Counted from the stretch's first letter, positions 41,475 through 54,612 are shown. The stretch is 64,000 nt of DNA from an uncultured bacterium (GCA_963726455.1 CAVSCK010000004.1:480001-544000), one strand, 5' to 3'. The notes: generated by a model not told the origin, from the letters alone. Made by a program: numbers and translations.

Positions 41475-43011
41475 ATGACTGTCAAGATAGGTGATACCAA
41501 ACTCAGCATATATGACGTGCGCAAAGTAGCCCGTCATAATCGATCAAATCGAGATCACTCCAGCCGCTCAAACCGCATCAAACACTGCCGCACTTTCGTC
41601 GATCAAGAAAGTCGCCGAACAGGAAGTTATGTACGGCATCAACACCGGAATCGGGGACTTGGCGAAGGTGGCCCTGCCGGCGGAGAAGCTCGAAGTATTC
41701 CAGAAGCTGCTGGTCTTCTCGCACGCCGCCGGCTATGGCGATCCGCTATCCATCGAATACGTGCGCGCTGCCTGGACATCACGTCTCAGTGTTCTGACCC
41801 AGGGGCATTCCGGCTGCAATTTGCGTGTTGTCGAGACGATGATGCAACGATGCTCAACAAGGGAGTCACACCGATTGCCTGCGAGAAGGGTTCTGTCGGC
41901 GCTTGCGGCGATCTGTCGCCGATGTCGCAAATGGCGCTGGTCATGATCGGCGTTGGGGAGGCCTTCTATCAGGGACAGCGCCTGAGCGCCGAAGATGCCA
42001 TGAAGAAGGCCGGCATTCCGATCATCAAATTCGAAGCGCGTGATGGTCTCGCCTCGATCAACGGCTCCAATGTCATCTCCGGCGCGGGATCGCTGTTGAT
42101 GTGCGACGCGATCGATGTCGTGAAGAATTCCGAGATTGCTGCGGCGATGACGCTCGAAGCGCTCAATACCAATCCGCAGGCCTTCGATGAACGCATTCAC
42201 AAGATCCGCGGCTTTGCCGGCGCGGTTCGATCGGCGCGACATCTGCGCAACATTATGAAAGATTCCGAGATCATGAAGCGTACCGGCAAGAATGTGCAGG
42301 ACGCTTATTCACTTCGTTCCACGCCGCAGGTTGTCGGCGCCGTCTGGGACTGCTCTCGATTTTGCCAGAACAGCAATTCGAAATCGAGATCAACGGTGTC
42401 GGCGACAATCCGATCTTCTTCCCGGATGAAGATGGCGGCGTCGTCCTGACCGGCGCGAATTTCCAGGGCACGCCGATTTCGTATCCGCTCGATTTTGTCG
42501 GCTCGGGCTCGCGATGATCACGGTTATTTCCGAACGTCGTCTCAATCGCACTGCTGAACAAGGCACTCTCGATGGGACTGCCGGCGTATCTGACCAAAGG
42601 CGCAGGCATGATGTCCGGCATGATGCTGATGCAATACACTGCCGGCGCGCTCGTCTGCGAAAATCGAATTCTCTCGGCGCCGGCATCAATTGGCTCGATT
42701 CCCGCCGCGGCCGATCAGGAAGATTTCGTTTCGATGGGAATGACGACGCTGCTGAAAACGCGCGACATCATCAAGAACGCATTTGCCGGCATGGCTATGG
42801 AAATGATCGCCGGCGCGCAGGCGTTCGATATTCTCAAACCGCTCAAGCCGGGCAAGGGATCATTGGCCGCCTACGAAGTCATTCGCAAGTACGTGCCCTA
42901 CATGGACGACGACCGTCCATTGCATAATGACATCAATGCGCTGGCAGCGGAGCAGTGACTCGCGGCGAAATAATATCCGCTGTCGAAGCCGCGGCAGGGA
43001 AGTTGGATTAA
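41475..43011 (+). CDS. hutH: Histidine ammonia-lyase family protein with multiple apparent frameshifts
   Basis: MYGINTG, SHAAG, GHSG, GSVGACGDL, QDAYSLR, DNP, GANF, QEDFVSMG are spread over several frames. Confidence 0.82.
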
Positions 43012-43358
43012 ACAGATTATTCCGATCAGGGCGACTTCGATCGCCTGTCTCTCGCGTATGTCAAAAAAGCAAAGCCCACAGGCGGCGACCTATGGGCTTG
43101 TTGGGTGAGTGGAGGGATTATGACCAAACCCGCTTACAAGAGAGTAATCGGTGTAAAGGAACGGTCGAGCTGTTACTGGCCTTGGGAGCTATCGCAATAA
43201 GTCTCTGCCAGTTCCTTTACACATGATTAAGACGCCGAAGTCGCCATTCTGTTCAATGGCCAGTGCCTTTTTTTCCGGCAAAATAGTTGTTGACTGGCCG
43301 CTTTGCGAGTAATTTCCGTTGCTGCTCCGGCCATTAGATGCCGGCATCCCAGATTCTT

Positions 43359-43432
43359 GGGCCCGTAGCTCAGATGGTTAGAGCGCGCGCCTGATAAGCG
43401 CGAGGTCGGCAGTCCGATTCTGCCCGGGCCCA
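43359..43432 (+). tRNA. tRNA-Ile (GAT)
   Basis: Cloverleaf with GGGCCCG/CGGGCCC acceptor stem and anticodon loop CTGATAA; CCA not encoded. Confidence 0.95.
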
Positions 43433-43717
43433 GTTTTGATCTCCACACAAGTCGGTCATCGCTTTTCCGTCGACCTGTTTCATCTTGAGTAGTAGTTTGC
43501 ATGCACGCCTCGGTGCCCCATCCGCTTGCGGTGGGTTTCGTACGCCCCCAGAATTTCTACTCTGCCTTCACCAGGGTTTCGACATTTCCGATTCTTAATT
43601 GGCGCACATATGCTCATGTTGACAAAAACAACGACGGGCGATGTCATAAACACCGCCCGTCTGAAAGCGAATCAATCGGTCTTGGCCGTAGTGTCTAGGC
43701 CATCCGAGTGATATGGC

Positions 43718-44269
43718 TCATTTATTGTGTGATCCCTTACGGGCGCCCGTCCCCTTTGATTCCATTTTCGCCTTTGTCGCCTTTGCCCACATCGCTACAG
43801 GATCTTTTCCTTCCTGTATGTTGTTGACTGAGGCGTCCAGCGTCTCCCCTTTGATCGTGCCCGTCCATTGCATTTGACCGTTGGTTGGACTTGTGCAAGT
43901 CGCCGAGAACTTGACTAAGCCACCCGATTCCTTGGTGGCAGTGTATGCCGCTGGAGTAAATCCCATCGGGTCGCAGGCCAACGAATGGAACATGCCGTTC
44001 TTGAACGTGATGACTTCCTTGTCACCTGTCGTGGCGCCTGTCTTGCCGATTTGGCCGGTAAACGTCCTGCCGTCAAGTATTCCCTTGGTGGCTGTCGTCT
44101 TATTTCCGGTCGTTTCCTTCATGGTCATCTTCGTCGGCTGCTGTGGTTGCTGTTGCACGCCCTGCGTGTTATTCGGCGTATCATCTGCTACTGCAAATCC
44201 CGAAAACGCCACCACGAACATCAATGCCGTGAAGATCATCATGCCCTTGGAAAAAAGGTTCTTTCTCAT
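43718..44269 (-). CDS. Secreted hypothetical protein
   Basis: Signal peptide, Gln-rich linker, Cys pair, GGAG RBS. Confidence 0.75.
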   Translation of the reverse strand: MRKNLFSKGMMIFTALMFVVAFSGFAVADDTPNNTQGVQQQPQQPTKMTMKETTGNKTTATKGILDGRTFTGQIGKTGATTGDKEVITFKNGMFHSLACDPMGFTPAAYTATKESGGLVKFSATCTSPTNGQMQWTGTIKGETLDASVNNIQEGKDPVAMWAKATKAKMESKGTGARKGSHNK

Positions 44270-44848
44270 TCAGCTTCACTCCTTTCCGACTTCGCTGATT
44301 GAGCCGTTCCGATTTTACCTCAGAACCGCTCAGGTTTCCTTAGTGACTCATCCAATCCTGCTGAGTTCACTTTCATTTTTTTACTGCGGTGAGACATGGC
44401 TCTCAGCCAACGTCTCCCGCCAAAACCTGTCAACTCACGAACACATCCTCCCAATCCACCAAAACTGACCTGATTCTGACTTGAATTAATTACTACGCCT
44501 GCCCTCAAGATGTTGGTATTATCTGTATTGCACTTGACGCGATCGCAGTAAGTGATTGTATCAGTAGCGGTTACGTGACAAATCGTTTGGTCGGAAAACC
44601 GTCCATCTATGGCCACACTGACTCTCATACACCCATCAACAGAACAACAATGCCTGCGCGGAGTGGTGGCGTCCGGGCCGGTGAGCGCGCGACTTTAACC
44701 TTGACTTTGGCGAGGACTGTGGCTATTTTGGTTTATCTTCGCGATCATAACCTATTGGGACTGCGGTACATTATCGGTCAACTGTGCCGAGAGTGGTCTG
44801 CAAGCGCACCGGAAAATGTGAATTGTCATATTGTCATAAGGAGGAAAC

Positions 44849-47092
44849 ATGTTTCGCAGAATGCTAACGTTGGTCTCACTATCAGTGCTGTTTCTTTCGC
44901 TGGCAAGTATTCGCGGCGTTGCCCAGGACTTAGGATGCGGCACCGTGGTTACTCCGGAGCAAGTTCGTTTTGAGCAAGACTGGCAGAAACTGCAGAGCTC
45001 TCTCAAGATCGAGAGGAGCACTGATCACTATTCCATTCCGCTCGCAATTCACATCGTTCGTCAAAGCTCCGGCCTGGGTGGATTAACTCTGGCAGAGCTT
45101 CAGATCGCGTTCGACTCCAGCAATGTGTATGCCGCTCAAACTAACGTCAGCTTCTATCTATATGGTACCGTCGATTACATCGACAACGACCTTTACTATT
45201 TTGGCATGGGTAACACTGCCAACTACGATCTTCTGAAGCAGACCAATCCCGTCCCCGGGGCGATCAATGTCTACTTCGTGCCGCCAACGGAAATCTCCGG
45301 CTTTAGTCTCTGCGGGATATCCTCCTTTACAAGCTCACCGGTTCAGGGAATCATTATGAACAATCATTGCGTGGATCCTACCTTCGCCCGGACGGTACTG
45401 TTTCACGAAGTCGGCCACTATTTTGATCTGTACCACACGCATGAGACCGCCTTCGGTGTTGAATGTCCGAACGGTTCGAACTGCACTATTGCCGGTGACC
45501 TGCTTTGTGACACGCCGGCTGATCCTAATGTGTACCAGCATGTGAGTGGAGCTCCCGCGTGTCTGTACGATCAATATGCGTCGCTGCCACCGTCGTGCGA
45601 TGGCACCCCTTATGATCCACCCGTACTGAACATTATGTCATATTCATCGAAACTTTGTATGCTGGAAATGACGCCACAGCAGAATACCCGGTTCCGCCAG
45701 GTACTGGCCACTGTCCGCTCGGAATTGGTCTATGCTATCAACGGATTTGTCTTGATGCCACCACAGATTGTCGACTGGTCGGTTCAACAGGGAACCGTGC
45801 GCGACACTACGATCCGACTTGCCTATGCTTACAATGATACTGCCACTGTACATTCGGCCGTGACGACGACCGGCAAATTCCAGGTTGCCGTGACGTTACC
45901 TGCAACCATGGACAAAACCGATACCTTGAACTTTGCCTTGACCTTCGATGCCTCGAATCTCAGCGGCCCCTGCGTTCTGGGACGGTACTCCGACACTTTG
46001 GTCATTACGACTTCGATACCCGGATCATCGCCGATGCGGGTTCCGCTCAGCGCCAACGTCAGCTATGGAGTGCCATCCTACTCTGAGACACGGCTCGGCG
46101 CCGGCTGCCTCAGGTTCACCGCGCCGGTTACACCGGGATTCGGCAACATAACGGACTCGGCGTTCGTCGTACCGGGCAAGAATATTCTCTACGATGGTTC
46201 TCTCTTGATCGGGATGCTCCAGGGCAGTGATACCGTGGCCTACATGGATCTCTATACTCGCAACGACTTCTCGCCGATCGACGAATTCGTAAGAGGTATC
46301 GATTCACGCGGGCGAACTACGCAGACGCTCCGTTTCGTTACCAGTGATGGACGCTTTGCGGGAAACGTCAAATACACCTACGGCTGGAACAATACCGGCC
46401 TCGATAGTTGCGGATACGTACTCGTCGACTACACACTCAAGAACCCTTGCTATGCCGCCGCAACTGTATACACCGGAGTATTTTTCGACTTCGATATCGG
46501 CTACAATTCTGCCACTGACATGGCGCAGGTGAATCCGGATAGCAAGGTTGCTTTCGTTACCGACGCGGGTATAACTCGGGCCGGCGGAGTGGCTCTACTT
46601 GCCACCTGCACCGAAGACCCGTTAATCAGTGTCGTGAACAATCAGGATGTCATCTGGCAGACCGGAGGCCTGACACCCGGCTGGGCCTACAAGCTGATGG
46701 CAGTGCCGAATCCTACCGGACTAATCCCGTCGAGCGACTGCTCAGCGATGTTGTCATTCGGCAGCACGACTATCATGGCCGGCGGCGAAGCGAAATATCG
46801 TTACGCCGTTCTTGGCAGCAATTCCAGTTGGACGGGTCTGGCTCATGCGCTTGCCGATGTTGTGACGATGGGAGGAACCTCCACGATTTGTTCGTACGTT
46901 GCCGGTGACGCTAACGGTGATGGCGCCGTCGACATTTCCGATGCCGTTTTCCTGATCCAGTTCATTTTCGCCGGCGGCCCGACGCCGGATCCCATGAATT
47001 CAGGCGACGCCAATTGCGATGGCGCGGTGGATATCTCGGATGTAGTCTACTTGATCCAATATATCTTCTCCGGCGGCCCGGCGCCGTGCTGA
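44849..47092 (+). CDS. Secreted M43 (pappalysin/ulilysin-like) metzincin with C-terminal dockerin-like module
   Basis: Cys-switch-like CGT, HEVGHYFDLYHTH, CDTP, Met-turn NIMSY, C-terminal GDANGDGAVDISDAVFLIQFIF. Confidence 0.88.
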   Translation: MFRRMLTLVSLSVLFLSLASIRGVAQDLGCGTVVTPEQVRFEQDWQKLQSSLKIERSTDHYSIPLAIHIVRQSSGLGGLTLAELQIAFDSSNVYAAQTNVSFYLYGTVDYIDNDLYYFGMGNTANYDLLKQTNPVPGAINVYFVPPTEISGFSLCGISSFTSSPVQGIIMNNHCVDPTFARTVLFHEVGHYFDLYHTHETAFGVECPNGSNCTIAGDLLCDTPADPNVYQHVSGAPACLYDQYASLPPSCDGTPYDPPVLNIMSYSSKLCMLEMTPQQNTRFRQVLATVRSELVYAINGFVLMPPQIVDWSVQQGTVRDTTIRLAYAYNDTATVHSAVTTTGKFQVAVTLPATMDKTDTLNFALTFDASNLSGPCVLGRYSDTLVITTSIPGSSPMRVPLSANVSYGVPSYSETRLGAGCLRFTAPVTPGFGNITDSAFVVPGKNILYDGSLLIGMLQGSDTVAYMDLYTRNDFSPIDEFVRGIDSRGRTTQTLRFVTSDGRFAGNVKYTYGWNNTGLDSCGYVLVDYTLKNPCYAAATVYTGVFFDFDIGYNSATDMAQVNPDSKVAFVTDAGITRAGGVALLATCTEDPLISVVNNQDVIWQTGGLTPGWAYKLMAVPNPTGLIPSSDCSAMLSFGSTTIMAGGEAKYRYAVLGSNSSWTGLAHALADVVTMGGTSTICSYVAGDANGDGAVDISDAVFLIQFIFAGGPTPDPMNSGDANCDGAVDISDVVYLIQYIFSGGPAPC

Positions 47093-47225
47093 GACGGGCA
47101 CATGACATACTTGGCCGGCAGCAAAATCTGCCGGCCGTCCCATCCTCTTGCCAGCAGCCAAATTGCCGATAAATGGGCTAGGGAAGCGTCAGCGAAACAT
47201 TTTGCAATTATTTTGAAAAAACCTG

Positions 47226-47254
47226 TTGACATGGGCGAACCACACGTATATATT
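47226..47254 (+). promoter_or_regulatory. rRNA-type sigma-70 promoter
   Basis: TTGACA-17 nt-TATATT, an A/T-rich UP region and a GC-rich discriminator. BoxA-like GATCTTTGA occurs downstream near 47358 and 47515. Confidence 0.8.
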
Positions 47255-47372
47255 AAGCGCCCCTGTGAGGAGTGTGGGTTGAAGTGTCCTGTAAAATCAA
47301 GGACATACGCGGGTTGAACGGCACGGGGGTCGGACGAAAGCGAAGCGCGACGGCAACGATCTTTGAATTTTC

Positions 47373-47445
47373 GGGGATGTAGCTCAGTTGGGAGAGCGAC
47401 GGCTTTGCAAGCCGTAGGTCGTCGGTTCGATCCCGATCATCTCCA
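47373..47445 (+). tRNA. tRNA-Ala (TGC)
   Basis: GGGGATG/CATCTCC acceptor with G3:U70; anticodon TGC. Confidence 0.96.
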
Positions 47446-47598
47446 GTGACGATAAGGCAAATAAGCCGATAATCAATAGAAAAGCTTCTTCTCCGCGTAG
47501 ACCGGAGAAGTAACGATCTTTGACAACCAAATATCAGAGCTATGCGGAATCTTCATAAGAAGACCGTGTGGCTACAGAAATCGAGCTTTTAGGATTTC

Positions 47599-50626
<3,028 letters not shown>

Positions 50627-50880
50627 AAAAATTTGTCGCGCGGGGCGATGGTAACATCGCCCCTAACGTGACGAATTTCAAGTCCTAAAAGCTTTTCTGT
50701 TCTCATGGTTCTCCTTAGATTGATGTCTGCTTGCAGCCATCAATGCTTCATCACACTTTGCACATGATCGTTCGTGCTGGTTCGATCGCAAAGCTGATGA
50801 TTCGAGGACCCGCATAACTCTGATGTTGGTGATAAATTCGTTGGACGTGTCGCGCCGTCTCACCATCACTCTGGCATAGG

Positions 50881-51166
50881 GTGCCCCACCGCTTGCGGTG
50901 GGTTTAATTCCCGTGTCATTCCCGCTTCACTGCGGAGTGCCATTCCTGCTTCGCTGCAGGTGCCATTCCCGCTTGGCTGCGGAGTGTCATTCCCGCGAAG
51001 GCGGAAATCCAGTCCATGGTGTGTCATTCCCGCGAAAGCGGGAATCCAAGACAAAAGACGGTAGGTCGCTCGGGAAGGGATTCCCGGCGACAGACTAATC
51101 ACCACCTGTCATTCCCACGAAAGTGGGAATCCAGGATTACAATGGTGCCCCACTGCTTGCGGTGGG
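50881..51166. repeat. REP/BIME-like cluster in the 23S-5S spacer
   Basis: Two GTGCCCCAC.GCTTGCGGTGGG direct copies flank about six GTCATTCCCGC...GCGGGAATCC-type hairpins. Confidence 0.8.
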
Positions 51167-51191
51167 TGTCGCGAAACGCTTCAGAAAATAT

Positions 51192-51308
51192 CCCCGGTGG
51201 CAATAACGAGAGGGTCACACCCGTTCCCATTCCGAACACGGCAGTTAAGCCTCTCAGTGTCGATGGTACTGCTTGGGCGACTGAGTGGGAGAGTAGATCG
51301 CTGCCGGT
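51192..51308 (+). rRNA. rrf: 5S rRNA
   Basis: CACCCGTTCCCATTCCGAACACGG, GATGGTACT, GGGAGAGTAG. Confidence 0.96.
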
Positions 51309-51317
51309 CTAAATGAC

Positions 51318-51364
51318 AAACCCCGCCCGTTCACGGTGAACCCGTCGAACCGGCGGGGTTTTTT
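51318..51364 (+). terminator. rRNA operon terminator
   Basis: AAACCCCGCC...GGCGGGGTTTTTT. Confidence 0.85.
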
Positions 51365-51491
51365 GTTGTTGACAAACGCTAAACAGTTGAAGACATTGTC
51401 GAGTGAATTGAATAAGTTCTACGAGCACGGCCCGTAAGAACACGGGGGTTATCATGAGTTTGCGGGCTTACCACCGGTATTGAGGAGTACG

Positions 51492-52643
51492 ATGCTGGAA
51501 AACGCTTTTTGGTTTGTTCTTGGTCTGATCGCTCAGTGGTTTGTTCCGGGCTCGATCTGGACCACTGGGCCCGTCGTTGCCTGGAAGAGTAGAAGGCGAC
51601 ATAAGAGACTACAGAGGACGCTAGTTGGAACCGGGTCGGACTTGGTCGTGGGTCGCCTACGGGTCGAACAAGTGATGGTTCAAGTCTTCGATCCGCCGCT
51701 TATGTGGGACGAAATCGTCACCGGATTTGAATCGCATCCCCGCCCCATTCCAGCGGATATACAGGAACTGGAGTCTACCTATCTTGACAAAAGAGTAGCT
51801 GCACTTCGCGCGGAGGGAAAGACCGTCGATTTCAACGACCGGTACGCCTTGAAATCAATCAGAATCGAGCGACCGCAAGCAGAAGACGGAAAAAGGCGTA
51901 ATCGTCCAGAATTCATATTCGAACCGACCAATTTCAAGTACTATTTGATGGTTAATGACTGCTTAGATGCTCCTTTGCTTCCAGAACAAGGGGGAAAGAT
52001 GGTTTCGATCCGACAGCGTTTGGACCTCGAATTGGCGGGCTTCGAGTGGTCAGATGTGGAAAGAGTTCCAATCCATCAGCCATTTGGGACAGTGACAAAT
52101 GTTATCACTAGTGACAACCAGTTGGTAATTCCCATACGAAGTAGAATGCAAGCTGTAACCAATATAGCGGGCGGAGAAAGATGGCACAGAGCAACCGGAT
52201 CATGCGCTGAAGGCATGCTTCGACCCGTCGACTCTTCGTCACTAAAAGCGGAAAGCCCTAGTCCCTTTGAAACATCCTTTCGCTCACTGAAAGACGAATT
52301 GGGACTTGTACTAGGTGAACATTACACCAAACGCCAGGTGAAGCTTGTTGGAATTGCATACGACAAACAGCGATGCCAACCTTTTGCGATCTTCTATCTC
52401 AAACTAGAGCACCTTGGTTTTCTGGATGTTCTCCAGCATTGGACCACGTCGAAGGACAGGCAAGAAAATAAGGCCTTAATGCCCGTTGCGGCTGAACAAA
52501 GAACGATAGCCGATCTATTGCTCGGGAAGCTGACTTTTGAGGGCAAACCCGTGCATCTTTTTTCAAACCAGCAACAGCTGGGAGTACTACTGGGAGCTTT
52601 TCAGGTGCTCGAACCGTCGTCTCTTAGCCAAATGCTGCAGTAG
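51492..52643 (+). CDS. Hypothetical protein: N-terminal TM helix plus degenerate Nudix-like domain
   Basis: GAGGAG RBS; EG...RSLKDELGL resembles a Nudix box; visibly more AT-rich than the core genes. Confidence 0.65.
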   Translation: MLENAFWFVLGLIAQWFVPGSIWTTGPVVAWKSRRRHKRLQRTLVGTGSDLVVGRLRVEQVMVQVFDPPLMWDEIVTGFESHPRPIPADIQELESTYLDKRVAALRAEGKTVDFNDRYALKSIRIERPQAEDGKRRNRPEFIFEPTNFKYYLMVNDCLDAPLLPEQGGKMVSIRQRLDLELAGFEWSDVERVPIHQPFGTVTNVITSDNQLVIPIRSRMQAVTNIAGGERWHRATGSCAEGMLRPVDSSSLKAESPSPFETSFRSLKDELGLVLGEHYTKRQVKLVGIAYDKQRCQPFAIFYLKLEHLGFLDVLQHWTTSKDRQENKALMPVAAEQRTIADLLLGKLTFEGKPVHLFSNQQQLGVLLGAFQVLEPSSLSQMLQ

Positions 52644-52710
52644 GTGTCGGCTGTAAACTGGTACCCCACAGCTTGCTGTGGGAGAGTAATCCTCTTCCGC
52701 TCTAAATGAC

Positions 52711-52741
52711 AAACCCCGCCTGACTTCAGGCGCGGTTTTTT
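52711..52741 (+). terminator. Terminator (diverged copy of the rRNA terminator)
   Basis: AAACCCCGCCTGA-CT-TCAGGCGCGGTTTTTT. Confidence 0.75.
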
Positions 52742-52805
52742 GTTGCTTGACTCCTTTGCTTTCCTGACTTTATTGTTGGCATTCGTTGGGCATCGATAAG
52801 GCAGG

Positions 52806-53302
52806 ATGGACATAAGAACTTACAATTGTCGACTCGTGATGATTCGCAGGTATGTAACATGCGAGTGGACAACTATAATTTCTGTAGCCGCCCTCGGACT
52901 AGGAGGCGCAATCTATTTGTGCTTGCGACCTGCGACGCTACAAATGTTCAGTTGGTGCCAGTCTCTTGGAATTGACAGTCAAGTTAGTTTTCTACGGGAG
53001 ATAGTTTCTGGGTGGAGGGGTCTGCCCCCGATTGGGTGGTATTCTCTCTTCCTCAAGGACTGTGGTTCTTTAGCGGCTTGCTGCTGCTTCTCAGAGCATG
53101 GAGGGGATTCGACTGGCGCAAATGCTTCTTCTGGTGTCTTGCATTTATCGTCATGGCGTTCGGTTCCGAGTTTGGTCAACTGCCGGGCATCCTACGAGGG
53201 ACATATGACAGTCTTGATGTTATGTTCTTGTGTGTCGGTTTGGTTGCTGCAATATGGGTATTCGTTATCGATCACTCAAAAGTACGGAGGGACTATTCGT
53301 GA
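52806..53302 (+). CDS. Hypothetical membrane protein (apparent frameshift near 53018; start uncertain)
   Basis: GGAIYLCLRP..LQMFSW in one frame continues as PDWVVFSLPQGLW...GTYDSLD in another. Confidence 0.55.
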
Positions 53303-53730
53303 AAACAAAACTAATCGCAAGGAATGTTGTTTCGGCAACCGTCTTCTTGGTCTTTGTCGTCTTAGCAATTGGCAGCTCTGAATCGGAAAAGAACACCGCG
53401 ACCACTCGGTCACAGACAGCGTCCTACAATCTCACAGCAGATCAGCTTTCGAAGGAATACGAAGCTAACGAAGTCGCCGCGGATAACAAGTACAAAGGTC
53501 AAGTAGTTGTTGTGAGTGGATCGATTAAGGACATTGGCAAAGATATTCTTGATGATCCTTATGTCGTAATTGGAGGATTGGGCTTTCTGGATGGGGTGCA
53601 GTGCATGTTCTCAAAATCGGAGTCGTCTTCGATTGCAGCACTTTCGAAGGAGCAATCTATCAGAATCAAGGGACAAGTTGAAGGCAAGTTGATAGGGAAT
53701 GTTCTGCTTAAAAGCTGCAGCATTCAGTGA
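53299..53730 (+). CDS. OB-fold protein (tRNA_anti-like)
   Basis: N-terminal TM, YEANEVAADNKYKG..VSG.I; GGAGG RBS before GTG. Confidence 0.82.
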   Translation: MKTKLIARNVVSATVFLVFVVLAIGSSESEKNTATTRSQTASYNLTADQLSKEYEANEVAADNKYKGQVVVVSGSIKDIGKDILDDPYVVIGGLGFLDGVQCMFSKSESSSIAALSKEQSIRIKGQVEGKLIGNVLLKSCSIQ

Positions 53731-54024
53731 TCTTTGGGCCACTGCACAGCAATCGCGGAAATGACTAGTTGCGTACGTCAAAACCGCATCGGTCTTGACT
53801 TCTGTTCGTCCGCCCCCTCGCGAATCCCTTCCCGACCGCATTTTACCTTGTCAATTCCGTGACCTGAGACATATCTCCATCTTGGTAATCAACCCGTAGC
53901 CCACAGCTTGCTGTCGGTTACCTGTTCACGCAGTGCGTCATATTCGAAAACACATGCCCGACGCCCCCAGACGAAAGTTGAACTATCTTCTTGATATTCT
54001 CTGTTGATTTGCTTTAGTTAACCC

Positions 54025-54612
54025 ATGCTTCCCGAATATTTCGCGATTATCGGTGCCATCATCGGCTCGCTTGGCGGCTTCTATTACTTATTCGAAACCA
54101 TCGTCGGCAAAGCCCAGCCCAACCGCGTCACCTGGCTGCTTTGGGGAATCTTCCCGATGGTCATCTTTGTGGCGCAAAGGGCGCGGGGCGTGGCGGGCAT
54201 ATCGTGGACGTCGTTTGTCGCCGGCCTTACACCGTTGCTTATCGTCGCTGCATCTTACCTTAACAAGAAGGCTTATTGGAAAAGTGAACCGCGCGACTAC
54301 TACCTGATGGCTGCGGCGATCATCGGCATCATCCTTTGGGCTATAACCGACAATGCGAACTTGGCCATACTGTTCTCGCTGCTGGCCGATATGCTGGCGG
54401 GCATGCCGACACTTATCAAGGCGTATCGCCATCCTCATACCGAGAGTTGGATTGCCTATGCTATCAGCACCTTCGGCTTCGGAATTGCCTTTCTGTCGGT
54501 TCAAACCTACAACTTTGAAAATACCACTTTTGTCGCCTACGTAGTTATCCTCAACGGCACCTTTGCGGTGCTGTCCTCCCGGGGCCGTGGTCATAAACAG
54601 GCAACTACCTAA
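54025..54612 (+). CDS. Hypothetical multi-pass membrane protein
   Basis: PNRVTWLLW, PTLIKAY..P.TES; about six TM segments. Confidence 0.75.
   Translation: MLPEYFAIIGAIIGSLGGFYYLFETIVGKAQPNRVTWLLWGIFPMVIFVAQRARGVAGISWTSFVAGLTPLLIVAASYLNKKAYWKSEPRDYYLMAAAIIGIILWAITDNANLAILFSLLADMLAGMPTLIKAYRHPHTESWIAYAISTFGFGIAFLSVQTYNFENTTFVAYVVILNGTFAVLSSRGRGHKQATT

Noticed and set aside
50913-51137. Possible CRISPR array in the 23S-5S spacer
   Set aside because: Spacing is irregular, units are degenerate and palindromic like REPs, and there are no unique spacers of constant length.
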